Shown: one piece after another, positions 1 to 10,897 of the stretch
How positions within the stretch are numbered: the stretch's first letter is position 1
Layout of the letters: the number at the start of each line of letters is the position of its first letter
NCBI GenBank assembly: GCA_045542035.1
Contig: JAZQKG010000089.1
Location: forward strand, 1 to 50,405
DNA from: Eubacteriales bacterium
GTDB lineage: Bacteria > Bacillota > Clostridia > Oscillospirales > CAG-272
Length of the DNA: 50,405 nucleotides
Direction: 5' to 3'
Notes under the pieces: generated by a model
The model's input: the letters and a program-made list of their open reading frames with translations, nothing else
The model's database searches: none
Told to the model about the DNA's origin: nothing
Made by a program: the position numbers and the translations under genes

Positions 1-11
1 CGATCCGACTT
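1..11 (-). other. MGI/BGISEQ sequencing adapter remnant (artifact)
   Basis: CGATCCGACTT is the reverse complement of AAGTCGGATCG, the start of the MGI read-2 adapter. SpoVG similarity breaks at this point. Confidence 0.85.
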
Positions 12-97
12 AGGCAGTCGTTAAAAGTAACCGACGCTATCGCTTTCATAGGACCCTCGTCAAAGAACTTTCTAATTTTGATATCTGTGATTTGCAT
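12..97 (-). CDS. spoVG: SpoVG, 5' part only (truncated at contig end)
   Basis: The minus strand reads MQITDIKIRKFFDEGPMKAIASVTFNDC, a typical SpoVG N-terminus, with AAAGGA as RBS. Not in the supplied ORF track. Confidence 0.85.
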
Positions 98-265
98 AAT
101 CATAATCCTTTCTATATAGTGTCTTTTTTGATGATACTGAATATATTATACAGTAAGAATGTTAAAAATATTCAAGAACCAAAAAAGCAAACCTTTAAAT
201 ATTTGTTTATTTTTTAATAACGGTTAATGTACAAATATTTAATTTGAGCCGAAGGAGGTAGTTTT

Positions 266-1687
266 TTGTCGGATTATAATTTTTGTTGTAAAAAGGAAGA
301 AATAGCCCAAATATTAAAAAACAGAGCATCCCGTGTGCATTTTGTTGGCGTGGGTGGCGTTGGAATGTATTCTCTTTTTATACTTACGAAGAGAATGGGA
401 GTTTGTGTCTCGGGAAGTGACAGGGAATCGTCGCGCTTTACAGATAAGCTGATTCAAATGGGAGAGAGCATAAATATAGGGCATAGGGAGGATTATGTGC
501 GCGGAAGTAATCTTGTCGTATATACGTCTGCGGTATCTTCTGAAAATCCCGAGATAAAATATGCAAATGAAAACGGAATACCGGTAGTATCACGCGCGGA
601 ATATCTCGGAACGGTTATGGAAAACTATCGAATAAGAATAGGCGTTTCCGGCACTCACGGAAAAAGCACCGTAACAGCCATGCTTTCCCGGATATTTGAA
701 TATGCCGAAAAAAAACCAACTACGGTTTTGGGAGCGGTTATTCCTAAGACGGATTTACCGATTAAAATCGGTGAAGAATATTATTTTATTTATGAAGCTT
801 GTGAATATAAAGACTCATTTCTTTACTTTTCACCGACAGCAGCGGTATATACCAATCTTGAATTTGACCATGTAGATTACTTTAAAGATATAGAGTCGCT
901 TGAAAATTCGTTTCTTAAATCAATGAATGGAGCAGATTTATGTGTTGTAAATACAGATGACGACCGATTGAGAGCGCTTATTCAATATATAAAAACTGAC
1001 ACGGTTACCTATGGGGAGTGTTACAACTCTCATTACCGAGCCGAAATTACAGAAGAAAATAAAGGATTTTACAAATTCGACGTATATTTACATAAAAAGA
1101 AGATTGCGCATGTGAGACTTGGTATTCCCGGAAGGTTTAACGTTTTAAACGCACTTGGAGCTTTTGCATTAGCGCATAAGCTCGGTGTGCATGAGGAGAT
1201 TATTTCAGAGGCTCTTTCAAGTTTTTCCGGAATTGAAAGAAGAATGGAACGAATAGGAGACTATGGCAAGCTTCATGTATACTATGATTATGCGCATCAT
1301 CCAACCGAAATAGAATGTACGGTAAGGACCGCGAGAGAAATGACGGGAGGAAAGGTATACGTTATATTTAAACCGCATACCTATTCAAGAACGGCAGGAC
1401 TTCTGCAGGAGTTCGTTAAGGCGCTTTCGACAGCTGACGGAGTATATCTTTGCGATATATCGGCAATACGAGAGGAGGCTATTGAAGGCGTAAGCTCGGA
1501 AAATCTCGCAAGGTTAATCGGGAGCAGAGCGACGCGCGCCGATGATGAAGAAATTAAAGCTAAAATTGACGAAGCGGGTATCGCCAAGGAAGTTGGTGCG
1601 CTTATTATTATGGGAGCTGCAAATATGGACTGTTTTAAAAATCAGTTTTTACAAAATGAAAAATACAAAAATACTATTGACAAATGA
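266..1687 (+). CDS. murC: UDP-N-acetylmuramate--L-alanine ligase
   Basis: Motifs HFVGVGGVGM, GTHGKST (P-loop), EACEY, TNLEFDHVD, DYAHHPTEI, FKPHTYSRT; GGAGG RBS before a TTG start. Confidence 0.95.
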   Translation: MSDYNFCCKKEEIAQILKNRASRVHFVGVGGVGMYSLFILTKRMGVCVSGSDRESSRFTDKLIQMGESINIGHREDYVRGSNLVVYTSAVSSENPEIKYANENGIPVVSRAEYLGTVMENYRIRIGVSGTHGKSTVTAMLSRIFEYAEKKPTTVLGAVIPKTDLPIKIGEEYYFIYEACEYKDSFLYFSPTAAVYTNLEFDHVDYFKDIESLENSFLKSMNGADLCVVNTDDDRLRALIQYIKTDTVTYGECYNSHYRAEITEENKGFYKFDVYLHKKKIAHVRLGIPGRFNVLNALGAFALAHKLGVHEEIISEALSSFSGIERRMERIGDYGKLHVYYDYAHHPTEIECTVRTAREMTGGKVYVIFKPHTYSRTAGLLQEFVKALSTADGVYLCDISAIREEAIEGVSSENLARLIGSRATRADDEEIKAKIDEAGIAKEVGALIIMGAANMDCFKNQFLQNEKYKNTIDK

Positions 1688-1705
1688 ATTATATAGGTGT
1701 ACAAT
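1677..1705 (+). promoter_or_regulatory. SigA-type promoter for mgtE
   Basis: TTGACA(1677-82)-N17-TACAAT(1700-05). Confidence 0.8.
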
Positions 1706-1711
1706 ATAGAA

Positions 1712-1878
1712 AAACATTAGGGGGTGAGACCGTGACTGACGGAGATAGTCGAAGTATAAAATACATAATGAATAAAATCGGTCGGCAGAAAATGCGGTCT
1801 CATACACGGTGCTTTTGGGTTTAGGTTCCTTGATGAGAATTTTTCTGCGCGCCTTTGGCGCGCTTTTTTCTGTCCGAC
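1712..1878 (+). promoter_or_regulatory. Structured 5' leader/attenuator upstream of mgtE (candidate Mg2+-responsive riboswitch, M-box-like)
   Basis: TGAGACCG(1725-32) pairs with CGGTCTCA(1795-1802); internal GACTG/TAGTC hairpin; leader terminator GCGCGCC-TTT-GGCGCGC-T6 (1847-1869). Confidence 0.6.
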
Positions 1879-1976
1879 GTAGGCAAGAGTGAATAATCCG
1901 AACGCTCTTTGAATTATTAATTTTCAGAGCTTTTGGCATTTATCTCTCTTACAAAGATGGAAACGGAGGATGGAAA

Positions 1977-3383
1977 ATGAAAGAAAACGTTGAAAAAGAA
2001 GCAACCCTTATTTCGTCTGATCAAATAGCTTTGGACGCAAACGAGCTTGTAAATCTGATAGAGAATAAGAAATTTGCAAGTCTTAAAAATGCGCTTTTCA
2101 GACTGCCTGCGGCAGATATTGCCGAGCTTTTTTATGAGATGGATGAAAAGCATCACGCGCTCATCTACCGCCTTTTGCCAAAGGAAACCGCGGCTGAGGT
2201 TTTTGTTGAGATGGACGCCGAGCTAAAGAAACAGATTATAAACTCATTTACAGATGGAGAGCTTTCCGATATGCTTGACGAGCTATATATCGACGATACT
2301 GTTGATATTATAGAAGAAATGCCGGCTGCGGTCGTTAAGCGCATAATCGGAAATTCAAGTAAAGAAAACCGCGGAATAATAAACAGATTGCTAAAATATC
2401 CGAAGGATTCCGCAGGCACGATAATGACGACGGAATACGTCAGATTTACGAAGGAAATGACGGTTGAGGAGGCGCTATCGCATATAAGGCGAGTCGCCAT
2501 AGATAAAGAAACTATTTATACCTGTTATATTACGGATGACAGAAGGCGCCTTATAGGTATAATAACTGCAAAAGAGCTTCTTATTGCGGATTTAAAAACC
2601 AAGCTATCCGATATTATGGAAGACTCTGTTGTTTTTGTAAATACGACGGATGACAGAGAAGACGTCGCGCGCAAATTTGACAGATACGGCTTTTTAGCTA
2701 TGCCTGTGGTTGACGCGGAGTGCAGGCTTGTAGGCATAGTAACGGTTGACGATGCTATTTCGGTTTTAAAGGAGGAGACTGAGGAGGATTTTGCTAAGAT
2801 GGCGGCAATAACTCCGAGCGAAAAGTCTTATCTTAAGACCTCTGCGCTGTCTTTGTGGAAGCATAGAATACCCTGGCTCATGCTGCTTATGGTTTCAGCC
2901 ACCCTTTCGAGTACGATATTAAATAGGTTTGAAGCAGCTCTTCCCGCAATCCTTCTGATATTCGTTCCAATGCTTATGGATACGGGCGGAAACTGCGGCT
3001 CGCAGGCGTCTGTAACCGTTATACGCGCGCTGTCAGTCGGTGAAGCGAGAATAGCAGACCTTCCGCGAATACTCTGGAAGGAAATGAGAGTCGGTGTTAT
3101 GTGCGGTTTAACGCTTGGAGCTGCGGCTTTCTTGAAGGTGCTCCTAATCGACAAGCTTTTAATGCAAAATCCGCAAATAACGCTAACTGTTGCGCTTTCG
3201 GTTTCGGCTGCGGTTGCTCTCACGATAATAACCGCTAAGATTATAGGCTCAACACTTCCTCTCCTTGCGAAAAAAATCGGATTCGACCCTGCCGTTATGG
3301 CATCTCCTTTTATAACTACGCTCGTTGACGCAATAGCGTTAGTAATGTATTTTCTCGTATCCTCGCTTTTAATCGGAGCGTAA
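1977..3383 (+). CDS. mgtE: Magnesium transporter MgtE
   Basis: N-domain, tandem CBS domains (SAGTIMTTEY, GIVTVDD), TM region with DTGGNCGSQ and DPAVMASPFITTLVD. Confidence 0.95.
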   Translation: MKENVEKEATLISSDQIALDANELVNLIENKKFASLKNALFRLPAADIAELFYEMDEKHHALIYRLLPKETAAEVFVEMDAELKKQIINSFTDGELSDMLDELYIDDTVDIIEEMPAAVVKRIIGNSSKENRGIINRLLKYPKDSAGTIMTTEYVRFTKEMTVEEALSHIRRVAIDKETIYTCYITDDRRRLIGIITAKELLIADLKTKLSDIMEDSVVFVNTTDDREDVARKFDRYGFLAMPVVDAECRLVGIVTVDDAISVLKEETEEDFAKMAAITPSEKSYLKTSALSLWKHRIPWLMLLMVSATLSSTILNRFEAALPAILLIFVPMLMDTGGNCGSQASVTVIRALSVGEARIADLPRILWKEMRVGVMCGLTLGAAAFLKVLLIDKLLMQNPQITLTVALSVSAAVALTIITAKIIGSTLPLLAKKIGFDPAVMASPFITTLVDAIALVMYFLVSSLLIGA

Positions 3384-3432
3384 GCTCTTATATAAAATTT
3401 TTAAATAAATCTTTTAAAATTTTTCAAAAGGA

Positions 3433-3461
3433 TTGAAATAAAGATTTGAATATGGTATAAT
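3433..3461 (+). promoter_or_regulatory. SigA-type promoter for asnS
   Basis: TTGAAA-N17-TATAAT with extended TG. Confidence 0.7.
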
Positions 3462-3494
3462 ATGTTATTATATATTCCATATGGAGATTTTAAA

Positions 3495-4889
3495 ATGGAA
3501 AGAACACTTGTAAAAAGCATTTATTCCGATTCGGCGAGCTTTGGCGGCAAGACTGTGACTGTCGGCGGATGGGTCAGAAACCTCAGAGATTCAAAGGCAT
3601 TCGGTTTTATCGACCTTAATGACGGCTCGTGCTTTGGAAGCATTCAGGTAGTATTTGAAAGAGATAAAATATTAAACTATGATGAAATTGCATCGATGAA
3701 CGTCGGCGCGGCGCTCGTAGTTACGGGAGAACTTACTCTAACTCCCGGCGCAAAGCAGCCGTTTGAGCTTAAGGCAACTAAGGTTGAGGTTGAGGGAACT
3801 TCAACGCCCGACTATCCGCTTCAGCCCAAGCGCCATACCCCCGAGTTTTTGAGAGAGCAGGCATATCTCAGACCGAGAACTAATCTTTTTTCCGCTGTAT
3901 TCAGAGTAAGAAGCGAAGTTGCTTACGCTATTCATTCCTTCTTCCACAATAGAGGATTCGTTTACGTTCATACACCGATTATAACAGGCTCTGATGCAGA
4001 GGGCGCGGGTGAAATGTTCAGAGTAACCACTCTCGACCCTGAAAATCCCCCGAGAACCGAGGACGGAAAGATAGATTATTCAAAGGATTTCTTTGGAAAG
4101 AGCACTAATCTTACCGTATCGGGACAGCTTGAGGGTGAAACCTACGCTATGGCGTTCGGTAACATATATACGTTCGGTCCGACATTCAGAGCGGAAAATT
4201 CAAACACAGCCCGCCATGCCGCTGAATTCTGGATGATAGAGCCGGAGATAGCGTTTGCAGACCTTAACGACGATATGCAGCTTGCCTGGGATATGATAAA
4301 ATACATTATCAATCACGTAATGGATAACTGTGCCCAGGAGCTTGAATTTTTCAATAAATTTGTAGATAAAACACTGCTTGAGCGTCTTACAGCGCTTCGC
4401 GATGCCGATTACGCAAAGGTAACGTATACCGAGGCTATTGAGATACTTGAAAAATCGGGCGCTGATTTTAAATATCCCGTATATTGGGGTGTTGACCTTC
4501 AGACCGAGCATGAGAGATATCTTACGGAGCAAGTATACAAAAAGCCTATATTCCTTATCGATTATCCGAAGGAAATAAAGGCTTTCTATATGAGACAAAA
4601 TGACGACGGTAAGACGGTTGCCGCAATGGACCTTTTAGTTCCCGGCGTCGGTGAGATTATCGGCGGCTCACAGCGTGAGGAGAGACTTGACGTTCTTTCC
4701 GCAAGAATGAAGGAGCTTGGGCTCAACGAGGATGACTATTGGTGGTATATGAACCTTCGTAAATACGGAGGAACAAAGCACGCGGGCTTCGGTCTCGGCT
4801 TTGAGCGTATCATTATGTATATTACCGGAGTTTCCAATATCCGCGACGTTCTTCCTTACCCGAGAACAGTCGGCAACGCAGAATTTTAA
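3495..4889 (+). CDS. asnS: Asparagine--tRNA ligase
   Basis: OB-fold GWVR; [10 protein letters not shown]; [25 protein letters not shown]; GFGLGFER. Start moved to ATG 3495 after a GGAG RBS. Confidence 0.97.
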   Translation: MERTLVKSIYSDSASFGGKTVTVGGWVRNLRDSKAFGFIDLNDGSCFGSIQVVFERDKILNYDEIASMNVGAALVVTGELTLTPGAKQPFELKATKVEVEGTSTPDYPLQPKRHTPEFLREQAYLRPRTNLFSAVFRVRSEVAYAIHSFFHNRGFVYVHTPIITGSDAEGAGEMFRVTTLDPENPPRTEDGKIDYSKDFFGKSTNLTVSGQLEGETYAMAFGNIYTFGPTFRAENSNTARHAAEFWMIEPEIAFADLNDDMQLAWDMIKYIINHVMDNCAQELEFFNKFVDKTLLERLTALRDADYAKVTYTEAIEILEKSGADFKYPVYWGVDLQTEHERYLTEQVYKKPIFLIDYPKEIKAFYMRQNDDGKTVAAMDLLVPGVGEIIGGSQREERLDVLSARMKELGLNEDDYWWYMNLRKYGGTKHAGFGLGFERIIMYITGVSNIRDVLPYPRTVGNAEF

Positions 4890-4924
4890 TAAATTAGACA
4901 AACATTATTTAAGCATAAACTAAC

Positions 4925-4967
4925 AAAACAGAGATATTGTGCACGCAACACAGTATCTCTGTTTTTT
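4925..4967. terminator. Bidirectional intrinsic terminator
   Basis: AAAACAGAGATATTGTG...CACAGTATCTCTGTTTTTT between convergent genes. Confidence 0.85.
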
Positions 4968-4970
4968 CTA

Positions 4971-6551
4971 TCAATTTTCAGTTTTAACACGCGTTGGAAT
5001 GCAGCATACAGCGATGGCAAATATAAGCAAGAAGAAGAGTCCTGCTCCAAGTCCTATTGCGTAACCCGAGGGAGCTAATGTGTTAACGCATATACCGATA
5101 CCTATAAATACTGCAATTGATGCGGCAAAGGCAAGAGAAGCAAAAATGAGTGTAAGTATCTTAGCGATGAGAGCTAATATGTGCAAATATTTGCAGCCTG
5201 TGAAATAGGCGAGATTTTGTTGAAGTAACAGTCCCGCGCATATGACTGTAACTAAAAACAGCAAACCGATTACTGATATGGCAGGGCTGATATCAGCTTC
5301 AGTAGAGCCGGCAAGTATTTCAACAAGGTATTGTCCGTTATGGTCATCAGCAAAACCGTTATTTATTTCGCTCTTGCTATATTCTCCAAACAGTTCAAAC
5401 TGTTCTAAGAAATATAATTTTTTACCATCCTCACTGTAATTCTGAATATTTGTGATAGAGTCAATTTCTGATTCATCTAAGAGAAATTTTTCAAACAATG
5501 AAAAATATACAGGAATTTTTCCTACGCTTTTGTTATCTCTACCTTCAAAAATCGTTCTTACCGATGTTGTAAAAATTGGGGTAAAACACATGCATATAAC
5601 GAGAATAGAAAGAACAGACGAAACCGAGCGTAAGACAATATTGCTTACCTTTGCTTTTCTGCAGTCAAAGATGAATGACAGAGTTAATAAAGCTACTATC
5701 GTAATAAGAGAAACAACAAAAATCGCAATTGCTCCGCTGCCCATAATAACCTCGTTGCCCACGTTGCTCATATAAGCAAAGAATGCGGTATATGTTATCA
5801 GAACAAATGCAGGAACTGCACAAAGTAATGACAGGGCAACATTATAAAAACGCTTTCGTTTGTTTCTCATTAGTCCGAAGCTGCATATAAAGTTGAGAAT
5901 TGAGAAAACAAGGAAAACAAATGTAATTAATATATAAAGCAATGAAATTATCGCAATAGTTACATGAGAAACATTCGTTTTTGTATTTTCTGTTTGCAAA
6001 TCCAAGCGATAACCTAATAACATTATCCTTTCCAAATTTTCTTCCACCTTTTTCTTTTCTCTTGTGGAAAGGTTGTCAATATCAACATCTGCGAATAGGT
6101 CGTCATAAGCGTATTCCAGATCGTCATAAAGGGAAGAATCACTTTTGTTTTCATACTCTCGCACAGAGTCAAACAGATATATTATTCCGTCGACAGCAGA
6201 ATGAGATACCGAGAAATTAAAGTCCTCATCAGTGAGTTCGTTGCCAAAAAAATCTTTGAATCTCCAATTAAATATTGGAGCAAAAGAAAGAGCAAAAATT
6301 GTTATTGCCACTGCGAGCAATATGGAGTTTCGAACAAGGTTTACAATGAAGTTCTTCTTTTGTTTTTTCGGTTTGTTCTCTGCTGCTTCCTCTTGTAATT
6401 CGGGATTTTCGTGTGATAACTGCTGAAGCATCACGGATGACTTGCTTTGCGAGTTTGTTTCGGTGCTGTTGGGTTGCTGTTTTCCGCAAGCGTGGCAGAA
6501 CACGGCGCTTTCATCTAATGATGCGGCACAGTAAATACAGTATTTTTGCAT
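4971..6551 (-). CDS. Zinc-ribbon-domain polytopic membrane protein
   Basis: N-terminal CIYC..FCHACG zinc ribbon, then two similar modules (TM-FxPIF, acidic soluble loop, about three TMs); GGAGG RBS. Confidence 0.8.
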   Translation of the reverse strand: MQKYCIYCAASLDESAVFCHACGKQQPNSTETNSQSKSSVMLQQLSHENPELQEEAAENKPKKQKKNFIVNLVRNSILLAVAITIFALSFAPIFNWRFKDFFGNELTDEDFNFSVSHSAVDGIIYLFDSVREYENKSDSSLYDDLEYAYDDLFADVDIDNLSTREKKKVEENLERIMLLGYRLDLQTENTKTNVSHVTIAIISLLYILITFVFLVFSILNFICSFGLMRNKRKRFYNVALSLLCAVPAFVLITYTAFFAYMSNVGNEVIMGSGAIAIFVVSLITIVALLTLSFIFDCRKAKVSNIVLRSVSSVLSILVICMCFTPIFTTSVRTIFEGRDNKSVGKIPVYFSLFEKFLLDESEIDSITNIQNYSEDGKKLYFLEQFELFGEYSKSEINNGFADDHNGQYLVEILAGSTEADISPAISVIGLLFLVTVICAGLLLQQNLAYFTGCKYLHILALIAKILTLIFASLAFAASIAVFIGIGICVNTLAPSGYAIGLGAGLFFLLIFAIAVCCIPTRVKTEN

Positions 6552-6582
6552 AAAAACCTCCTAATAGTAAAGTCTATAATTA

Positions 6583-6628
6583 ATTATAACCTGAAACAGA
6601 TTAAAAGTCAATACCCTGAAACAGATTA
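6583..6628. promoter_or_regulatory. Leftward promoter with two identical operator-like boxes
   Basis: CCTGAAACAGATTA at 6590-6603 and 6615-6628. Minus-strand TTGACT(6611-06)-N17-TATAAT(6588-83). Confidence 0.7.
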
Positions 6629-6665
6629 TAATATAATAATTTTAGTTAGCTTTAGGGGGTGTCAA

Positions 6666-6878
6666 ATGTACAGGCGGATTAGGGATTTGCGTGAAGATAA
6701 TGATATGAATCAGACCGCGGTGGCAAAAATCCTTGGAATGTCACAAACGGGATACTCTAAATATGAAACCGGTGAAAATGATATTCCAACATCTGTATTA
6801 ATTAAACTCGCGAGATTTTATAACACAAGTGTAGATTACTTGCTTGGAGAAACAAATTGCAAAAAAAGATATCCGTAA
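6666..6878 (+). CDS. XRE/Cro-C1 family HTH transcriptional regulator (70 aa)
   Basis: RIRDLREDNDMNQTAVAKILGMSQTGYSKYETGENDIP...SVDYLLG; ATG 6666 follows AGGGGG. Confidence 0.92.
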   Translation: MYRRIRDLREDNDMNQTAVAKILGMSQTGYSKYETGENDIPTSVLIKLARFYNTSVDYLLGETNCKKRYP

Positions 6879-6895
6879 AAAGTTGTTGTGATGAT

Positions 6896-6927
6896 AAAAA
6901 ATCTCCGCGCTCTTTCAGGGCGCGGAG
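6896..6927 (-). terminator. Terminator of the atp-pepT transcript
   Basis: CTCCGCGCTCT-TTC-AGGGCGCGGAG hairpin with an A-run on its left. Confidence 0.75.
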
Positions 6928-6931
6928 TCAA

Positions 6932-8158
6932 TTATTTTTTGCCGTCTTTGACGGCGTTTTCTATAATTTTTGCGATTATATCGGATATTTTCTCCATCGA
7001 TTCGACCGATATAAATTCAAATCTCGAGTGAAAGTTCTCACCGCCGGTGCAAAGGTTGGGGCAGGGAAGACCCATAAACGAGAGTCTTGCTCCGTCTGTT
7101 CCACCTCTTATCGGAACTACGACGGGGCGTATGCTAAGCTCCTCCATAGCTGCTTTTGCTCTGTCAACGATGAACATACAAGGCTCAATTTTTTCTTTCA
7201 TATTGTAATACGAGTCTTTTATTTCAATATCAAGAGTGCCGTCGCCGTATTTTTCGTTGATTCTATTCGCAGCATCCTCAAATACCCGTTTTTTCTCTTC
7301 AAACTTATATTTGTCGTGGTCGCGTATAATGTAGCTGAGCTTTGCAAGCTCGATTTCACCCGACATTGATATAAGGTGGTGAAATCCCTCGTATTTTTCG
7401 GTTTTCTCGGGAATTTCGTCCTCGGGTAAGAGCGAATTAAATTCACACGCTATAAGAGATGCGTTTTTCATTCTGCCTTTTGCCGTTCCGGGATGAATTG
7501 AAACTCCGTGAACGGTTATCTTTGCGCTTGCGGCATTGAAGTTCTCATATTCAAGCTCACCGATAGGACCGCCGTCAACGGTGTAGGCATAATCTGCGCC
7601 AAATGCTTCTACGTCAAATCTGTCAGCGCCTCGTCCAATCTCCTCATCTGGAGTAAAGGCTACCGAAATTTTTCCGTGGGGAATACCCGACTCGATAATT
7701 TTTTCAAGAGCTGTCATAATCTCGGCAATTCCTGCTTTATCGTCAGCGCCGATAAGCGTAGTTCCGTCACTCGTTATAATGTGATGACCTTCGTAATCCG
7801 AAAGATAGGGATAATCCGAAATCTTGAGACAGATATTCTTTTCTTCGTTCAAAAGAATGTCTCCGCCCTTGTAATCGACTACCCTAAGCTTAACGTTTTC
7901 GTCACACGCCTCTGGGGATGTGTCCATATGAGCGATAAAACCTATGGAATTTACTTCGGTATCGATATTCTTTTCAAGGGATGCGTAAACGTATCCGTAC
8001 TTGTCAACTCTCGCGTCGCTAAGACCAAGCGCGAGGAGTTCGTCTTTTAGTATATTTGCAAGTATAAGTTGCTTTTTTGTGCTTGGGCAGCTTTCGCTCG
8101 CCTCGTCAGACATCGTCGGATATTTTGCGTAGTTAAAAAATCTTTCGTACGCTCTCAT
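6932..8158 (-). CDS. pepT: Peptidase T (M20B tripeptidase)
   Basis: GFIAHMDTS, GADDKAG, FTPDEEIGRG, YENFNAA, PIRGGTDG, NFHS. Start moved to MRAYERF. Confidence 0.95.
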   Translation of the reverse strand: MRAYERFFNYAKYPTMSDEASESCPSTKKQLILANILKDELLALGLSDARVDKYGYVYASLEKNIDTEVNSIGFIAHMDTSPEACDENVKLRVVDYKGGDILLNEEKNICLKISDYPYLSDYEGHHIITSDGTTLIGADDKAGIAEIMTALEKIIESGIPHGKISVAFTPDEEIGRGADRFDVEAFGADYAYTVDGGPIGELEYENFNAASAKITVHGVSIHPGTAKGRMKNASLIACEFNSLLPEDEIPEKTEKYEGFHHLISMSGEIELAKLSYIIRDHDKYKFEEKKRVFEDAANRINEKYGDGTLDIEIKDSYYNMKEKIEPCMFIVDRAKAAMEELSIRPVVVPIRGGTDGARLSFMGLPCPNLCTGGENFHSRFEFISVESMEKISDIIAKIIENAVKDGKK

Positions 8159-8174
8159 ATTTTTTTGACCTTCT

Positions 8175-8576
8175 TTAATGATTTTTCGCAATATTGATGC
8201 GGTTTATAGCTCTTGCAAGCTTTGCTTTTGCTATACGGATGGCTTTGTCGTCGGTTTCGTGCGAGAGAGCTTCCTCGGCGCGAAGCTTTGCTTCTTTCGC
8301 GCGGTTTAAATCGATTTCATCGGCAAATTCAAATGTGGTAGAGACAAGCTTTACTTCGCCTCCTTTTACGGAGATAAAGCCTCCGGCGGCGGATGCTTCC
8401 TTTGAGACACCGTTTGCGACGAGCTTAGCTCTTCCGATTCCAAGCGATGCGAAATAGTCAGCGTGTCCTCTCATTATTTCAACGTCGCCTTGCTCGGTTC
8501 TTACGAGGATAGATTCAGCGTTTCCGTCAAAAACCATTCTGTCGGGAGTGACTATCTGTAGATGAAATTCATTCAT
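8175..8576 (-). CDS. atpC: ATP synthase F1 epsilon
   Basis: LQIVTPDR, EFADEIDLNRA, LARAINR; operon position. Confidence 0.95.
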   Translation of the reverse strand: MNEFHLQIVTPDRMVFDGNAESILVRTEQGDVEIMRGHADYFASLGIGRAKLVANGVSKEASAAGGFISVKGGEVKLVSTTFEFADEIDLNRAKEAKLRAEEALSHETDDKAIRIAKAKLARAINRINIAKNH

Positions 8577-8578
8577 AA

Positions 8579-9997
<1,419 letters not shown>

Positions 9998-10029
9998 TTA
10001 ACTTAGGAGTTTTAAATTTCAAAGGCTTA

Positions 10030-10881
10030 TTAAAGAGCCTCAGAACCGGAAACGATTTCCGTGATTTCCTGTGTTATAACAGCCTGACGAGCTCTGTTGT
10101 ATTTGAGCATCAGAGTGTCTATCATTTCGGCAGCGTTTTTGTTTGCCGCATTCATAGAGCTTCGTCTTGCTCCGGATTCCGAAGCTAACGATTCGCACAC
10201 TGCGGAATATATTATACCACCGACGTATTCGGGAATAATTTTTTCGAGGAGCTCTTCCGCATCTCCTTCAAAAATGGGGTCGGGAGAAAATTCTTTTTTC
10301 TCATTTTCGCTTCTTTCAAGAGGAAGAAGCTCTTCGTATACGGGAAGCTGAGATATCATTGAGACAAATTTGGTGTAAACCAAAATGACGTTTGAGATAT
10401 CTCCGCATCTGAAAGCTTCGCATATAATAGACGAGGCATTAAGCGCTCCGCCTACACCGACGTTTGCTACGAATCCGAAATTGGTGGAAAATATGTCGCG
10501 GCCTCTGTGAGCATAGTACTCGAGAGCCTTCTTTCCAATAGGAAGATATACAGCGTCTTTATCCTTCGAAAGCGCCTCTGTCAGGCGGAAAATATTCGAA
10601 TTGTATCCGCCCGCAAGTCCTCTGTCACCCGCAATTACGACGAAAAGCGTTTTGCCTTCTTCCTTTTGTTCATGCCATACAGACGATGAGGCTTCGGATG
10701 AATTCTCGATGCTGCTTATGGCTTCGCTGAGAACCTCGTAATAAGGACGCGATTTTTCTGCTTTTTCCTTGGCGCGTCTTAATTTAGAGGTGGCAACGAG
10801 TTCCATTGCTTTCGTTATCTGCATCGTGCTTTGCACGCTTTTCATGCGTGATTTTATATCATTCATGGAGGCTCCCGCCAT
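10030..10881 (-). CDS. atpG: ATP synthase F1 gamma
   Basis: QITKAMELVA, DRGLAGGYN, YNRARQAVITQEITEIV. Confidence 0.98.
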   Translation of the reverse strand: MAGASMNDIKSRMKSVQSTMQITKAMELVATSKLRRAKEKAEKSRPYYEVLSEAISSIENSSEASSSVWHEQKEEGKTLFVVIAGDRGLAGGYNSNIFRLTEALSKDKDAVYLPIGKKALEYYAHRGRDIFSTNFGFVANVGVGGALNASSIICEAFRCGDISNVILVYTKFVSMISQLPVYEELLPLERSENEKKEFSPDPIFEGDAEELLEKIIPEYVGGIIYSAVCESLASESGARRSSMNAANKNAAEMIDTLMLKYNRARQAVITQEITEIVSGSEAL

Positions 10882-10897
10882 AGCAACCCCGCCTTTC

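Noticed and set aside
3384-3494. T-box upstream of asnS
   Set aside because: The promoter lies about 30 nt from the start codon, leaving no leader.
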